A stretch of DNA of 64,000 nucleotides, from assembly GCA_963796285.1 (NCBI GenBank), contig CAWCKW010000012.1, positions 992,001 through 1,056,000 of the forward strand, written 5' to 3'. The translations under genes and the position numbers were made by a program. Under the pieces are notes generated by a model. That model saw nothing but the letters and a program-made list of their open reading frames with translations. It was not told where the DNA came from and ran no database searches. Shown here piece by piece: positions 54,790 to 64,000 of this stretch. The DNA is from Nitrospirota bacterium (GTDB lineage Bacteria; Nitrospirota; UBA9217). How positions within the stretch are numbered: position 1 is the first letter of the stretch; the number at the start of each line of letters is the position of its first letter.

Positions 54790-56634
54790 TTAGAAGCGAA
54801 GCGCGACCCCACCGGATACCTCTGCCGGCGGCATAGGATACCCTTTGACCGTTGAATACTTACGATTAAAGATGTTTTTTTCTCCGATGAAAACATCCGC
54901 TTTCACGTGCTGACCGAGAGAGACTGGCATCGTAACTTTTGCATCAAGGACCTCATACTGCCATGAGGCCTCTCCAGGTTTCACATAATTTTTGATTATT
55001 CTACCTTCAATATAGAGATTCATTATGGAGAACAAGTAAACGTTCACATAGCTCTTAATCTGCGATTGAGGGATTACGTAATAAATCTTTTCACCCGTGG
55101 TTTCATCTACAGGGTCCATGTAAGTATAGTTCACTGCCCAGGTCAATTGATCGACCGGGACTAATTTGACTTCGGCTTCATAACCAGTGATACGCGCCTT
55201 GCCGATGTTAACCGGGCTGTATATAAAATTTGTATCCGGCAACCATTGGATCAGGTCCTTGACCTTTCGCTCGAACGCAGTAAACCTGACTGAGCTGCCT
55301 TTTCCGAACGGTTGTTCAATTCCCCCCTCGTATTCCTTCGACGTTTCCGGTCTGAGGTTCGGATTCCCTTGCTCGAAACCATCGAACGACCAGAAGAGGT
55401 CATTCAACGTCGGAGCCCGGAACGCTTCGCCTGCGGAGGCTCTGATAATCGTTCCGGAGCCGGTAATAAGATAACGAGCGCTTGCGCGCGGGCTGAACTT
55501 GTCTCCATATACTGAATGGCTGTCATTGCGTCCGCCGATGACGACAATGAGCGGCTCGCCGATGGATATTTCATCCTGGAGATATGCCGCCCAGAGAGAC
55601 GCGGTATGATCGCCGGCGCTGTTGCTGGCGAGGTGGTCTTCCTTTGCCTCTACGCCGAAGGTCAGCTGGTTCCAGGAATTGACCAGCCAGTTGGTTTGGG
55701 CCTCCGCGCCGGTTGTCGTACTGACAAGCTTGCTGTCCTGCGGGAAGTCGGGATTGGGGTCCTTGTAAAGGATCTTGTCCCGGTTCTCATACGCATTCAA
55801 CCTGAGGTCCAGTTCCTTCGAGAACTTCGTCCGGAACGTCAGGCTCTCACCGCTATTACGGTCCCACTCTTTCGCAAGCGGGCTCGGGAACTGCTCTGAA
55901 CCGGGCACCCCGATCTTTTTTTCAAGATAATCTGTACTCAGCTCCAGCGAGGAATCCTGAGAAAGCTCGTAGCCGAACTTGGCGCCGACCAGTTTTTTGT
56001 TCAATCTGTCGTTGTCGCGGTAGCCTTTAGAATCCTCGATGCCCCCTGATACTGCATAGGAGAATTTATCCAGTTTGTTTGCGTTCGCGACGGCAGCAGA
56101 CTGATATCCGTGGGTCCCTCCCTCCGCTGTCACCGTTGTTTCAGCTGCTGTCGCTTTTTTTGTGATGATGTTCACCACGCCGCCAACCGCATCCGCGCCG
56201 TACAAAGCCGAGGACGGACCTCTGACGATCTCGATCCGTTCGATATCGGAGATCAGCACCGGCAGATCGGACATGTCGAAACCACCTGCGCTCGCGGAGT
56301 TCATTCTCCTGCCGTCCAGCAAGACCAGGACCTGCTGATAGCTCGCGCCCCGAATACTGATATTGTTGAGTGATCCTCGTGTGCCATAGTCGTTTATTTC
56401 CACCCCCGAGGTCCTTTCAATGACCTCGGCAGCGGTTGTGGCACCGGACTTTTTTATATCCTCCGCGGTTATGACCGTGACGCTCTGCGTTACGTCTTTC
56501 TGTTCTTTTTCGGTCCGTGTTGCGGTCACTACAACTTCCTTTATTTGTATTGTTTCATCTGCTGCCGAAACAATCGCAGCAGGGAGAAACAATGCCCATG
56601 CCGCAGCTGCTACCATGATGATCCTTCCAAACAT
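54790..56634 (-). CDS. btuB: TonB-dependent cobalamin receptor
   Basis: TonB box EVVVTATR, plug IERIEIVRGPSSALYG, C-terminal F; cobalamin riboswitch upstream. Confidence 0.88.
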   Translation of the reverse strand: MFGRIIMVAAAAWALFLPAAIVSAADETIQIKEVVVTATRTEKEQKDVTQSVTVITAEDIKKSGATTAAEVIERTSGVEINDYGTRGSLNNISIRGASYQQVLVLLDGRRMNSASAGGFDMSDLPVLISDIERIEIVRGPSSALYGADAVGGVVNIITKKATAAETTVTAEGGTHGYQSAAVANANKLDKFSYAVSGGIEDSKGYRDNDRLNKKLVGAKFGYELSQDSSLELSTDYLEKKIGVPGSEQFPSPLAKEWDRNSGESLTFRTKFSKELDLRLNAYENRDKILYKDPNPDFPQDSKLVSTTTGAEAQTNWLVNSWNQLTFGVEAKEDHLASNSAGDHTASLWAAYLQDEISIGEPLIVVIGGRNDSHSVYGDKFSPRASARYLITGSGTIIRASAGEAFRAPTLNDLFWSFDGFEQGNPNLRPETSKEYEGGIEQPFGKGSSVRFTAFERKVKDLIQWLPDTNFIYSPVNIGKARITGYEAEVKLVPVDQLTWAVNYTYMDPVDETTGEKIYYVIPQSQIKSYVNVYLFSIMNLYIEGRIIKNYVKPGEASWQYEVLDAKVTMPVSLGQHVKADVFIGEKNIFNRKYSTVKGYPMPPAEVSGGVALRF

Positions 56635-56639
56635 TTCAA

Positions 56640-56806
56640 ATCTCCTTCTCTCGAGGTTGTGGGAATGAGAGGTCTCCTGGCTTAGGACGCCCTACTCGCC
56701 CGCCTTCCCATCCCGGTAAACAGGACAGTGGCAAAACAGGCTTTCGTTTCCATCACAGTTGCGCGACAGCTGGGGAATCGCACCCCCTTCCGCTTCATCA
56801 TTCCCG
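56640..56806 (-). ncRNA. Cobalamin riboswitch (upstream of btuB)
   Basis: P1 GGGAATGA/TCATTCCC, GGTGCGATTCC, GCAACTGTG, GCCACTG, GGGAAGGC, B12 box AAGCCAGGAGACCT. Confidence 0.9.
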
Positions 56807-56896
56807 GATTATATCGACTGCATTTCCGTCATACTGTATTCTACCTGACCATGATCGTTATTTTGATCGATCACCTCCTCCATGCCCCGATGATTA

Positions 56897-58402
56897 TCAG
56901 TTAATGAGCTCTTGAATAAACCTCATATCGATACTCTCCCGCAACACATCCGCCCATTTGTCGAGGGCCGCATCCCGCGCTTTTGCGAAATCAGTAACCT
57001 CCTCAACAGGCGCTAATCCTCTCTTTTCCCGAAGAGCATTGATGAGTCCGCGCCTGAAGGCATCATTATCGAATATCCCGTGGATATAGGTCCCCCAGAC
57101 ATTGCCCTTTACAGAACCATCCTGCACGAATGCGGAATCAAGCCTTTTGAGTTTGAACAATCCGACATCACCCGTTGTACTGCCCATATGAATCTCATAT
57201 CCTTTAAGGCTGTCATTACCACACCATTCCGCATTCCCCATTCCGGATTCCGAATTTATATAGGCTTCCACCTGACACGTCGTCTTGACGCGGTCAAAAA
57301 TTGTTTCGACATCAAGCAGCCCGAACCCGTCAACCGCTTGACGCGGCCCCTCTATGCCATGCGGATCGAGGATCTTCTTCCCGAGCATCTGATATCCGCC
57401 GCACACTCCTGCAATAGGGATCCCGTTATCCGCCGCCCTTATTATGCTCGCCTCGATGCCTGATTCGCGCAGAAACAGGAGGTCCTGCACAGTATTTTTA
57501 GAACCGGGAATGATGACGAGGTCTGCGTGTTCAATGTCGGCGTCTCGTAAAGAATACACAAGCTCGACATCAGCTTCGTACTGAAACGGATCAAAGTCCG
57601 TGAAGTTCGAAATGTAGCGGAGCCGCACCACAACGACCTTGATCTTCGGTCCCGCAGTCTTCCCCTGACGCCACCAGAGCCTCTCAAGCGGGATCCCATC
57701 CTCTTCATGCAGTCCGAGATCTCCGAGATAAGGAACGACCCCGAGCACCGGCCTTCCCGTCTTTTCCTGGATCATCGTGAGGCCGGGTTTCAGGATGTCG
57801 AGGTCTCCGCGGAATTTATTAATGATGAAGGCTTTGATGTAGTCCGCGTCCTTGTCCAGGAGCGCGATGGTCCCGTACAGGGAAGCGAATACGCCGCCTT
57901 TGTCGATATCGCCGACGAGGAGGACCGGTGCGTTCGCATGCCTGGCCACGCTCATGTTCACAACCTCGTCATTACTGAGATTGATCTCAGCCGGGCTACC
58001 CGCGCCCTCGATGACGATGAGGTCGTATGTTTTTGACAACCGCGCATAGGCTTCTGTTACCGCGGCCCATGCATGCTCCTTGTACGCATAGTACTCCTGT
58101 GCCTGCATGTTTCTATGGACCCTGCCGTTCAGGATCACCTGGCAGCCGGCCTCGCCTGTCGCCTTCAGGAGCACGGGATTCATGTCCACTGACGGCTCGA
58201 TCCGCGCCGCTTCCGCCTGATACGCCTGGGCGCGCCCGATCTCGCCGCCTTCTTTTGTGATGAACGAGTTGAGCGCCATGTTCTGGCCCTTGAACGGCGC
58301 GACCTTGATCCCCTGGTCGCTGAAGATCCTGCACAGGCCGGCAACGATGATGCTCTTGCCGACACCCGATCCGGTGCCCTGTATCATGAGTGCTTTTGCC
58401 AT
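56897..58402 (-). CDS. cobQ: Cobyric acid synthase
   Basis: QGTGSGVGKS, NPVLLK, EGAGSPAEINL, SNFTD, CGGYQMLG, GYEIHMG, GTYIHG. Confidence 0.97.
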   Translation of the reverse strand: MAKALMIQGTGSGVGKSIIVAGLCRIFSDQGIKVAPFKGQNMALNSFITKEGGEIGRAQAYQAEAARIEPSVDMNPVLLKATGEAGCQVILNGRVHRNMQAQEYYAYKEHAWAAVTEAYARLSKTYDLIVIEGAGSPAEINLSNDEVVNMSVARHANAPVLLVGDIDKGGVFASLYGTIALLDKDADYIKAFIINKFRGDLDILKPGLTMIQEKTGRPVLGVVPYLGDLGLHEEDGIPLERLWWRQGKTAGPKIKVVVVRLRYISNFTDFDPFQYEADVELVYSLRDADIEHADLVIIPGSKNTVQDLLFLRESGIEASIIRAADNGIPIAGVCGGYQMLGKKILDPHGIEGPRQAVDGFGLLDVETIFDRVKTTCQVEAYINSESGMGNAEWCGNDSLKGYEIHMGSTTGDVGLFKLKRLDSAFVQDGSVKGNVWGTYIHGIFDNDAFRRGLINALREKRGLAPVEEVTDFAKARDAALDKWADVLRESIDMRFIQELIN

Positions 58403-58406
58403 TAAA

Positions 58407-59081
58407 TTATCTGATCACCTGGAAATCGCGCACATCGAGAAACCAGAACCCGTCCCGTGCAACAACCTCGAAACGAGTGATATCGATCTTCCCATTGAAT
58501 AACGGTCCAGCAGTCACGAAGGTGTGGAACTCGCCGCTCTCTCCGCACACGTCAAGGTTACTTGTTTTGAGGTATTGAATGAACGCATCGTCCATTTTCC
58601 TGCCGATCCATTCCTTCTCGATCAGTTTTTGATCGCCGCTCGCTATGATTGTCTCGAACCCGAGACCGAGAAACTCCCGGACGAGGTCCTCCGTCTGCCT
58701 TCCCCACAACGGTTCCACCGCCTCGATGCCGAGTTCGGCGCATGTGCGGTCCACCCATTCTTTGTGCGGCTGAAGGTAGATATCGCCAAAGATCATTCCT
58801 TCGATCCCCTCCTTTTTGAGAGAGGACAAGGTCATCTTGAACTCTTGCTCGAATGCCTCCTGTGAAACCTTCCGCTGCACCATGGGGATTCCCGTGAGAT
58901 CCGCATGCAGCCGGATCAGGGCCGGATCCACGCCGTGCAGATTATTCGGCCGGTCAAAATGAACGAGGTGGGAGACGTCCATGCCTTTCTTCATTGCGAG
59001 GCAGCAGGCAAGACAGCTGTCCTTGCCCCCGCTCCAGGATGCGCAATACCTCTTCGAGGTTTTTTCAGAAGTTATTTTCAT
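58407..59081 (-). CDS. Diphthine-ammonia ligase (Dph6)-like PP-loop ATPase
   Basis: SWSGGKDS, FGDI, EPLWG, DVCGESGEFHTFV. Confidence 0.9.
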   Translation of the reverse strand: MKITSEKTSKRYCASWSGGKDSCLACCLAMKKGMDVSHLVHFDRPNNLHGVDPALIRLHADLTGIPMVQRKVSQEAFEQEFKMTLSSLKKEGIEGMIFGDIYLQPHKEWVDRTCAELGIEAVEPLWGRQTEDLVREFLGLGFETIIASGDQKLIEKEWIGRKMDDAFIQYLKTSNLDVCGESGEFHTFVTAGPLFNGKIDITRFEVVARDGFWFLDVRDFQVIR

Positions 59082-59842
59082 AACTGATATACATTCCTTT
59101 GCTGCCCGTGTCCTTGATCTCGACATCGACATCAAAGGCCTGTTTCAGCATGGTCCTGGATAATACCTCGTCCGGTCTGCCCGTGCCGATGATGCCTCCG
59201 TCCTTGATCAGGATCACCCTTTCAAACTGGAGTGCGATGTTGATGTCATGGAGCGCCATCACAACCGATATTTTTCGTGATGCGCGCAGGTACTTGAGCA
59301 GCCTTACGAGCTCGATCTGATATTTTATATCGAGGTTTGCAAGCGGTTCATCCAGAAGCAAGAGCCCCGCCCCCTGCAGGAGCGTCATGGCAATGAACGT
59401 CCTTCTCCGTTCTCCGCCGGAGAGGTCCGTAAGCCGCGCATTCGCTTTGTCCTGTCAGTCCTACCATGTCCAGTGCTTCGTCAACGGTGAGCGCCGGTGG
59501 AATGTCATAGGGGTACAGACCCATGCTTACCAATTCTTTGATGGTAAACGGCACGCTGATATCGAGCGTCTGTGGCAGATAGCTGATAAGCTTGGCGCGG
59601 TCTTTGTGCTTTATCGCAGTAAGGCTCTTGCCCCAGAGGGAGACCCCGCCTGATGCCGGTTTGAGCAGGCCGCTTGCGAGTTTCATGATCGTGGACTTGC
59701 CGGACCCGTTCGCGCCGAGCAGGCCGATAAAATCCCCTTCTCCGACGGTGAACGAGAGGTCATGAATAAACGGTCTGTTTTTCTCGTAAATAAAACTGAC
59801 GCGCTCAAGTTCGAGGATCTTCTGTTTAGACGCCAAGGACAT
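59065..59842 (-). CDS. btuD: Cobalamin ABC transporter ATP-binding subunit (indel)
   Basis: GANGSGKS, LSGGE, LLDEP..NLD, HDINIA. Confidence 0.82.
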
Positions 59843-60791
59843 CTTTTCTCCTGAGCAGATACAGAAAATACGGCGCGCCGATGATGGCCGTGACCACGCC
59901 GGCCGGGAGCTCCATGGGAGGCAGAACGGACCTGCTGATCAGGTCCGCGATGCACAGGAGCGACCCGCCCCCGAGCGCGGACGCCGGTATCAGCACCCTG
60001 CTGTCCGAGCCGATGAAAAAACGCATGATATGGGGCATCAAAAGGCCGATGAACCCGATCATGCCGCCGAGCGAGACCGAAGCCGCGGTCAAGAGCCCGA
60101 CCGATACAAAGAGAATGAACCGCTCGCGCTGGGGAGCAAAACCGAGGCTGTGCGCGAATTCATCCCCGAGGATCAGGGCATTCAATGCCTTCGCCCGCAC
60201 AGCGGAGAGAGCAATGCCCGCCAGAACGAAGACGAGGCCGTAGGGCACGCGCTGCCAGTCAGACATGGACAGATCGCCGAAGATCCAGAGCATCGCCCTT
60301 CGAAGTCCCTCGTCCGTCGAGATGCTCATCATAAGCATCAAGAGCGCGGAAAAAAGAAAACTCAAGCCCACGCCCGCGAGCAGCAGACGCTCCGGCCACA
60401 GCCCTCCCCGCTTCCATCCCATGACGCCCACGATGCCGCCCGTGACGAGGGCGCCGATAAATGCAAGGACCGGGATCGTAAACGACCCGAGAAAGGTCAG
60501 GCCGCCGATGATCCCGAGCGCAGCCGTAAGCGAGGCGCCGCTCGAGATGCCGAGGATGTAAGGGTCCGCGAGCGGGTTCCGGAGGACGCCTTGTAGCACC
60601 GCCCCCGAAGCGCCGAGTGCCATGCCCATCAGAAACGCCACGACCACACGCGGCATCCGGATCGAGAACAGGATCGTGCGGTCGATATCGTTCAGCGAAA
60701 CGGGATTGATGATCTTCGGCCCGAGAAAGAGCGAGCACAAAAAAATAAAAAACGTGATCAGGACCAGCGCCGCTATTTTTGCTTTAGACAT
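59826..60791 (-). CDS. btuC: Cobalamin ABC transporter permease (FecCD family)
   Basis: RMPR, RNPLADPYILGISSGA, GFIGL..PH, GAPYFLYLL. Confidence 0.85.
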   Translation of the reverse strand: MSKAKIAALVLITFFIFLCSLFLGPKIINPVSLNDIDRTILFSIRMPRVVVAFLMGMALGASGAVLQGVLRNPLADPYILGISSGASLTAALGIIGGLTFLGSFTIPVLAFIGALVTGGIVGVMGWKRGGLWPERLLLAGVGLSFLFSALLMLMMSISTDEGLRRAMLWIFGDLSMSDWQRVPYGLVFVLAGIALSAVRAKALNALILGDEFAHSLGFAPQRERFILFVSVGLLTAASVSLGGMIGFIGLLMPHIMRFFIGSDSRVLIPASALGGGSLLCIADLISRSVLPPMELPAGVVTAIIGAPYFLYLLRRKDVLGV

Positions 60792-61621
60792 TCAGCAAGC
60801 TCCTCGATCCCCTGCACGACCCGCGGCCCGAGCCGGTAAAGGCCATCGCCGAGGTAACAGATGGCGCCTGAATTGACCGCGGGCACGGAAGTCATCTTCT
60901 TCAGTATGCCACGCGATACAGCCACCATATCCATCCCAGAGCCCTTGCCGATCAGGATAACGTCAGGCGCCTGACGGATGACCTCTTCGATGGAATATTT
61001 TGGATAGTCCGCTGCAGCACCATCTGCAATGTTCTCATGTCCCAGCAGCATGATGGCGTCGTCAATTACTGTTCCGGGCCCTGCTACAATGAGCGGCTCC
61101 GGCCAGACAATATAAAGAATCTTTTTCTTGATGGGCGATGGATGAGGGACGAGAGATGTTTTTTTTACTTTCGCAATATCGTCCTCGATCTCCTGAGCCA
61201 GCTTATCGGCCTTATTCTTTACTCCCAGCCCTCTTCCGAGTTCCCTGATCCCCTGCGGAAGTTCCGACAGCCTTCGCGCCGTGAATACGTACGTCGTTAT
61301 CTTTAATGAGCGCAGTCGTTCCTCGAACTCCTTCGGATTGCCGTCCGTGGTCATCACGACGATATCCGGCTTGAGCGACACGACCGCTTCGAGCGATGGA
61401 TTCGACATGCCGCCGATCTTTGCCTTCGCCTTTGCTGCCTCGGGATAATCGCAGAAGGTCGTGACACCGACGATGCGATCGCCGAGCCCCAACGCGTACA
61501 GGATCTCCGTCGTGCTCGGCGCGAGCGAAATGATCCGCTTGGGTGGCGATGCCGGTTCAGCAGCAAACGCTGAGCAGGACAAGCTGACGATGATTGATAG
61601 TATGATGGAGATCTTCTTCAT
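60773..61621 (-). CDS. btuF: Cobalamin-binding periplasmic protein
   Basis: RIISLAPSTTEIL, VGVTTFCDYP, RLGPR; B12 riboswitch upstream. Confidence 0.88.
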   Translation of the reverse strand: MKKISIILSIIVSLSCSAFAAEPASPPKRIISLAPSTTEILYALGLGDRIVGVTTFCDYPEAAKAKAKIGGMSNPSLEAVVSLKPDIVVMTTDGNPKEFEERLRSLKITTYVFTARRLSELPQGIRELGRGLGVKNKADKLAQEIEDDIAKVKKTSLVPHPSPIKKKILYIVWPEPLIVAGPGTVIDDAIMLLGHENIADGAAADYPKYSIEEVIRQAPDVILIGKGSGMDMVAVSRGILKKMTSVPAVNSGAICYLGDGLYRLGPRVVQGIEELAECLKQK

Positions 61622-61651
61622 AAGAATAAATTCGCCCGATTCGCGTCCTGT

Positions 61652-61693
61652 AAAAATAAAAAAATCCCCGGTCTTCTTTCAAGACTGGGGATT
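61652..61693 (-). terminator. Riboswitch expression-platform terminator
   Basis: AATCCCCAGTCTT-GAAAG-AAGACCGGGGATT followed by a T-rich run. Confidence 0.75.
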
Positions 61694-61711
61694 AATAGGA
61701 GATATTAACCC

Positions 61712-61913
61712 ACACATTATCTTAACGCCGAAGACTGTGCGAGGACATCCAGACAGGTCTTCTGGCTCTCCCGTCTCTGCCTGCCTTCCCAATCACGCTG
61801 CGCGTGATCAGTGGCATTGTACTGACAGAGATTGAGGCCCTGTTTTCGCAGGGCCGGGATTACAGCGGCGGGTCCGCTCCCGATTTAAACGGGATTCCCT
61901 TCGCCTGGATGTG
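61712..61913 (-). ncRNA. Cobalamin riboswitch (upstream of the btuF operon)
   Basis: P1 ACATCCAG/CTGGATGT, AAGGGAA, CCCGCCGCTGTAA, GCCACTG, GGGAAGGC, GAGCCAGAAGACCT; downstream loop CGGCG complementary to L5 CGCCG. Confidence 0.92.
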
Positions 61914-61935
61914 GTCATGCTCTATGTAGGTTGTC

Positions 61936-61964
61936 TTTATAACACAGGAAGCGGATAAAGTCAA
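61936..61964 (-). promoter_or_regulatory. Sigma-70 promoter of the btuF operon
   Basis: TTGACT-17 nt-TATAAA with TG extension, just upstream of the riboswitch. Confidence 0.65.
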
Positions 61965-61981
61965 AAGTTTTTAAACCGTAT

Positions 61982-62455
61982 TCATCTATCTCCCTTATTC
62001 TCACCGTTCCCAAGCCGTTCCCATTTCGCTGAAGTGACTTTCCAGCCATCCGGTTCCTTCTTCATCTATACCACGAAGACATAGATTCCGAGCGACTCCG
62101 GGATCAGGTCTGCCGCGGACCCGGTTTTGCTGCCGCCGGTCAGGACGGCCTGAAACACTGCTTTGGCAATCGTGTTTTCAACGGATATCTCAAGATCGGT
62201 GATATAGGCCGAGATCTTCGGGTGCTGGAAGAAATAGCCGAGCAGCAGCCCTTTGATCGTGTCGTAGTTGAATCCATGCGGATCCAGATAGGTCTTCGAG
62301 AGGTTGTTAATGATCTTTTTTACATTCTTCTCTTCAGCCGCTTTCTGAATGTCGGTAATGACTTTTTTGACCTTGTCCTGCTCGGTCTCTTTATGACAAC
62401 CGAGGGTGGTGATGGTCATGGTGAATAGGAGTAACAGCGTTACAACAGGTCTCAT
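61982..62455 (-). CDS. Putative lipoprotein (NTF2-like) interrupted by an in-frame TAG at 62066-62068
   Basis: Lipobox-like TLGC; frame continues after TAG as MKKEPDGWKVTSAKWE...* to 61982. Confidence 0.65.
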
Positions 62456-62724
62456 GCGGTACCTTTGTTCACGATGTCCTCTCATCGATAAGTTGGCCTG
62501 AGCTTTTCTAAGCATCGGTGTTGAACAACTGACCGGCCCTTTCTCGGGATTATTCGATTTTAAGGTATCTTTGCGCCCCGGGGAAGGAATCTCTGGCCTC
62601 GGTGCGCTCATTTTCAACTCAGTGCGAGGACACTATTTTTGGGATCGTCTTCTTCCCGATTGTCGCCAAGAATCTGCTACAATGGTTTCATTATCAGCCG
62701 TATAATCGAAACAGGAGGTATATC

Positions 62725-62865
62725 ATGAATAAGAAGTGGAGACTGATATTATTACTGATGTTTGTACTAATGCTCGCTCTTTCATCATGTTTTCCGTTCT
62801 GGCCTGGTGGTCCAGGGCGCGGTGTGGGTCCAGGGCATGGTCTTCCGATGCCGCCGCATCCATGA
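62725..62865 (+). CDS. Small Pro/Gly-rich lipoprotein
   Basis: AGGAGG RBS, basic N-terminus, hydrophobic core, LSSC lipobox, 46 aa. Confidence 0.7.
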   Translation: MNKKWRLILLLMFVLMLALSSCFPFWPGGPGRGVGPGHGLPMPPHP

Positions 62866-63259
62866 TGCTGGTGCCATGAGAATAATGGCAACGTTAAGGG
62901 GCATTGATCTGTCATACTCGTTTTGGACACGGCATGGAATTGAAGATATTCTCGTCCGCCAGAAGGCGGAAACGGCCAGTGCATAAAACGCTTCGCAATG
63001 ATCATAACCTCATGGGTAATCAGTGCAGTGATGACAGGCACCGGAACCGAATGAAAATGCGGCAATGGTGATGATAAGGCTCGGCGAGAAACGGCTCGTT
63101 CAGGCCATGAGATAGATTTTTCTGCTTGAGGATGCACTTTAAATGGCTGGCCCTCATGACTCCCAATTGTTTCCTTTTTTTGAAATCACTGGCCTCTCGA
63201 GTGTGGCTTAATGCCCTCTCGCATCCGCTCGTAGATTGCCTATACAGCGTCAATACGCC

Positions 63260-63715
63260 TTATTTGAAATCATATTTTTTCATTATCATGTCCAGATATG
63301 AGTCAAACCATTTCGGGTCTACTTTATCAACAAAACAGAGCCTCTTCCCCTGAGTGTCACTTATCAATTCGCCATTATGGTCCAGAAACAGCAGCAGGCA
63401 GTCATTCTTATAGTCAAATTTTTTACCCAAGGCGTCTTCTTGAGCTGTAAGCGGCTTGGTGAGATCTATCTTGACAGGGACAAAGTAATTCATGATCTTT
63501 TTAGAGATCATCGGATCATTGTATACGTTTTTCTGCAGACTTTCGCACCTCGGGCATCCCTTTCCATAAAAAAAATCCACAATAAGCGGTCGCTTTTCAA
63601 TTTTTGCCTTGACCAAGCCGTCCTTCAGGGTTAGCCATTGCACGCCGTCAGCCGCAAATGAAGGTGTATGCCCCAACAGCATAAAAAAGGTCATGAGCAG
63701 GATCGATTTTTTCAT
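63260..63715 (-). CDS. Exported thioredoxin-fold protein
   Basis: Signal peptide, W..L..GL..AK..KRPLIVDF, CPRC. Confidence 0.85.
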   Translation of the reverse strand: MKKSILLMTFFMLLGHTPSFAADGVQWLTLKDGLVKAKIEKRPLIVDFFYGKGCPRCESLQKNVYNDPMISKKIMNYFVPVKIDLTKPLTAQEDALGKKFDYKNDCLLLFLDHNGELISDTQGKRLCFVDKVDPKWFDSYLDMIMKKYDFK

Positions 63716-63928
63716 GATAGGCCTCCTATCTCGTAACTATTTATAGGTTTATGGTTATATTTTATCACAGCAGTCACGAAATAGATATTATAAAGCTGAA
63801 CACAAATAAGTTCTGCAGCTAACGCGTATAGTGAGGGAACGGTCATGAGGCGCCTCCCATGGAGAAATGTAGAAAATTCAGTTGTCAAGGGCATCCCGTC
63901 TGTGTAGAATAGCTCCAACCTTTTCGAC

Positions 63929-64000
63929 ATGGATACTATTTTTTTTCTCAAAGGGCTCATCATCGGTTTCGTCATCGCGGCCCCGGTCGGCCCCATCGGC
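63929..64000 (+). CDS. LysE family translocator, N-terminus (partial)
   Basis: MDTIFFLKGLIIGFVIAAPVGPIG. Confidence 0.85.
   Translation, partial: MDTIFFLKGLIIGFVIAAPVGPIG

Overview
Chromosomal window from an anaerobic or microaerophilic Gram-negative bacterium. The RpoZ type and gene order suggest Nitrospirota or a deltaproteobacteria-like lineage (inference). The sequence carries many single-base indels that split even essential genes (lepB, coaBC, lepA), which I read as long-read sequencing error. Content in order: cydB 3' end; an HPP/CBS/globin-PsiE/ferredoxin module; a Cache-PAS kinase; a YbhGFSR-type ABC exporter; a thermonuclease; a PDO-AmrS-archease-RtcB operon; core genes (ppx, coaBC, rpoZ, gmk, remA, yicC, lepB, lepA, glk, mog, tldD); a two-component system whose sensor has a CxxCH motif; a group 1 [NiFe]-hydrogenase with hyp genes; ahcY under an SAH riboswitch; metK; and a B12 uptake/salvage cluster with two cobalamin riboswitches. 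The main leads are: (1) degenerate 7/8/9-bp periodic repeats in spacers and inside HypF (x3), CbiB, CobQ and BtuF coding frames; (2) an apparently horizontally acquired SAH riboswitch-ahcY cassette that still carries the last codons of a donor metK; (3) a disulfide oxidoreductase and radical SAM enzyme in one operon with archease-RtcB; (4) a Dph6-like amidase next to CobQ in a B12-regulated operon; (5) a globin-PsiE/HPP module with an FNR-like class II promoter; (6) an in-frame HypC-HypA junction. No CRISPR array, rRNA, tRNA or intact transposase was seen.
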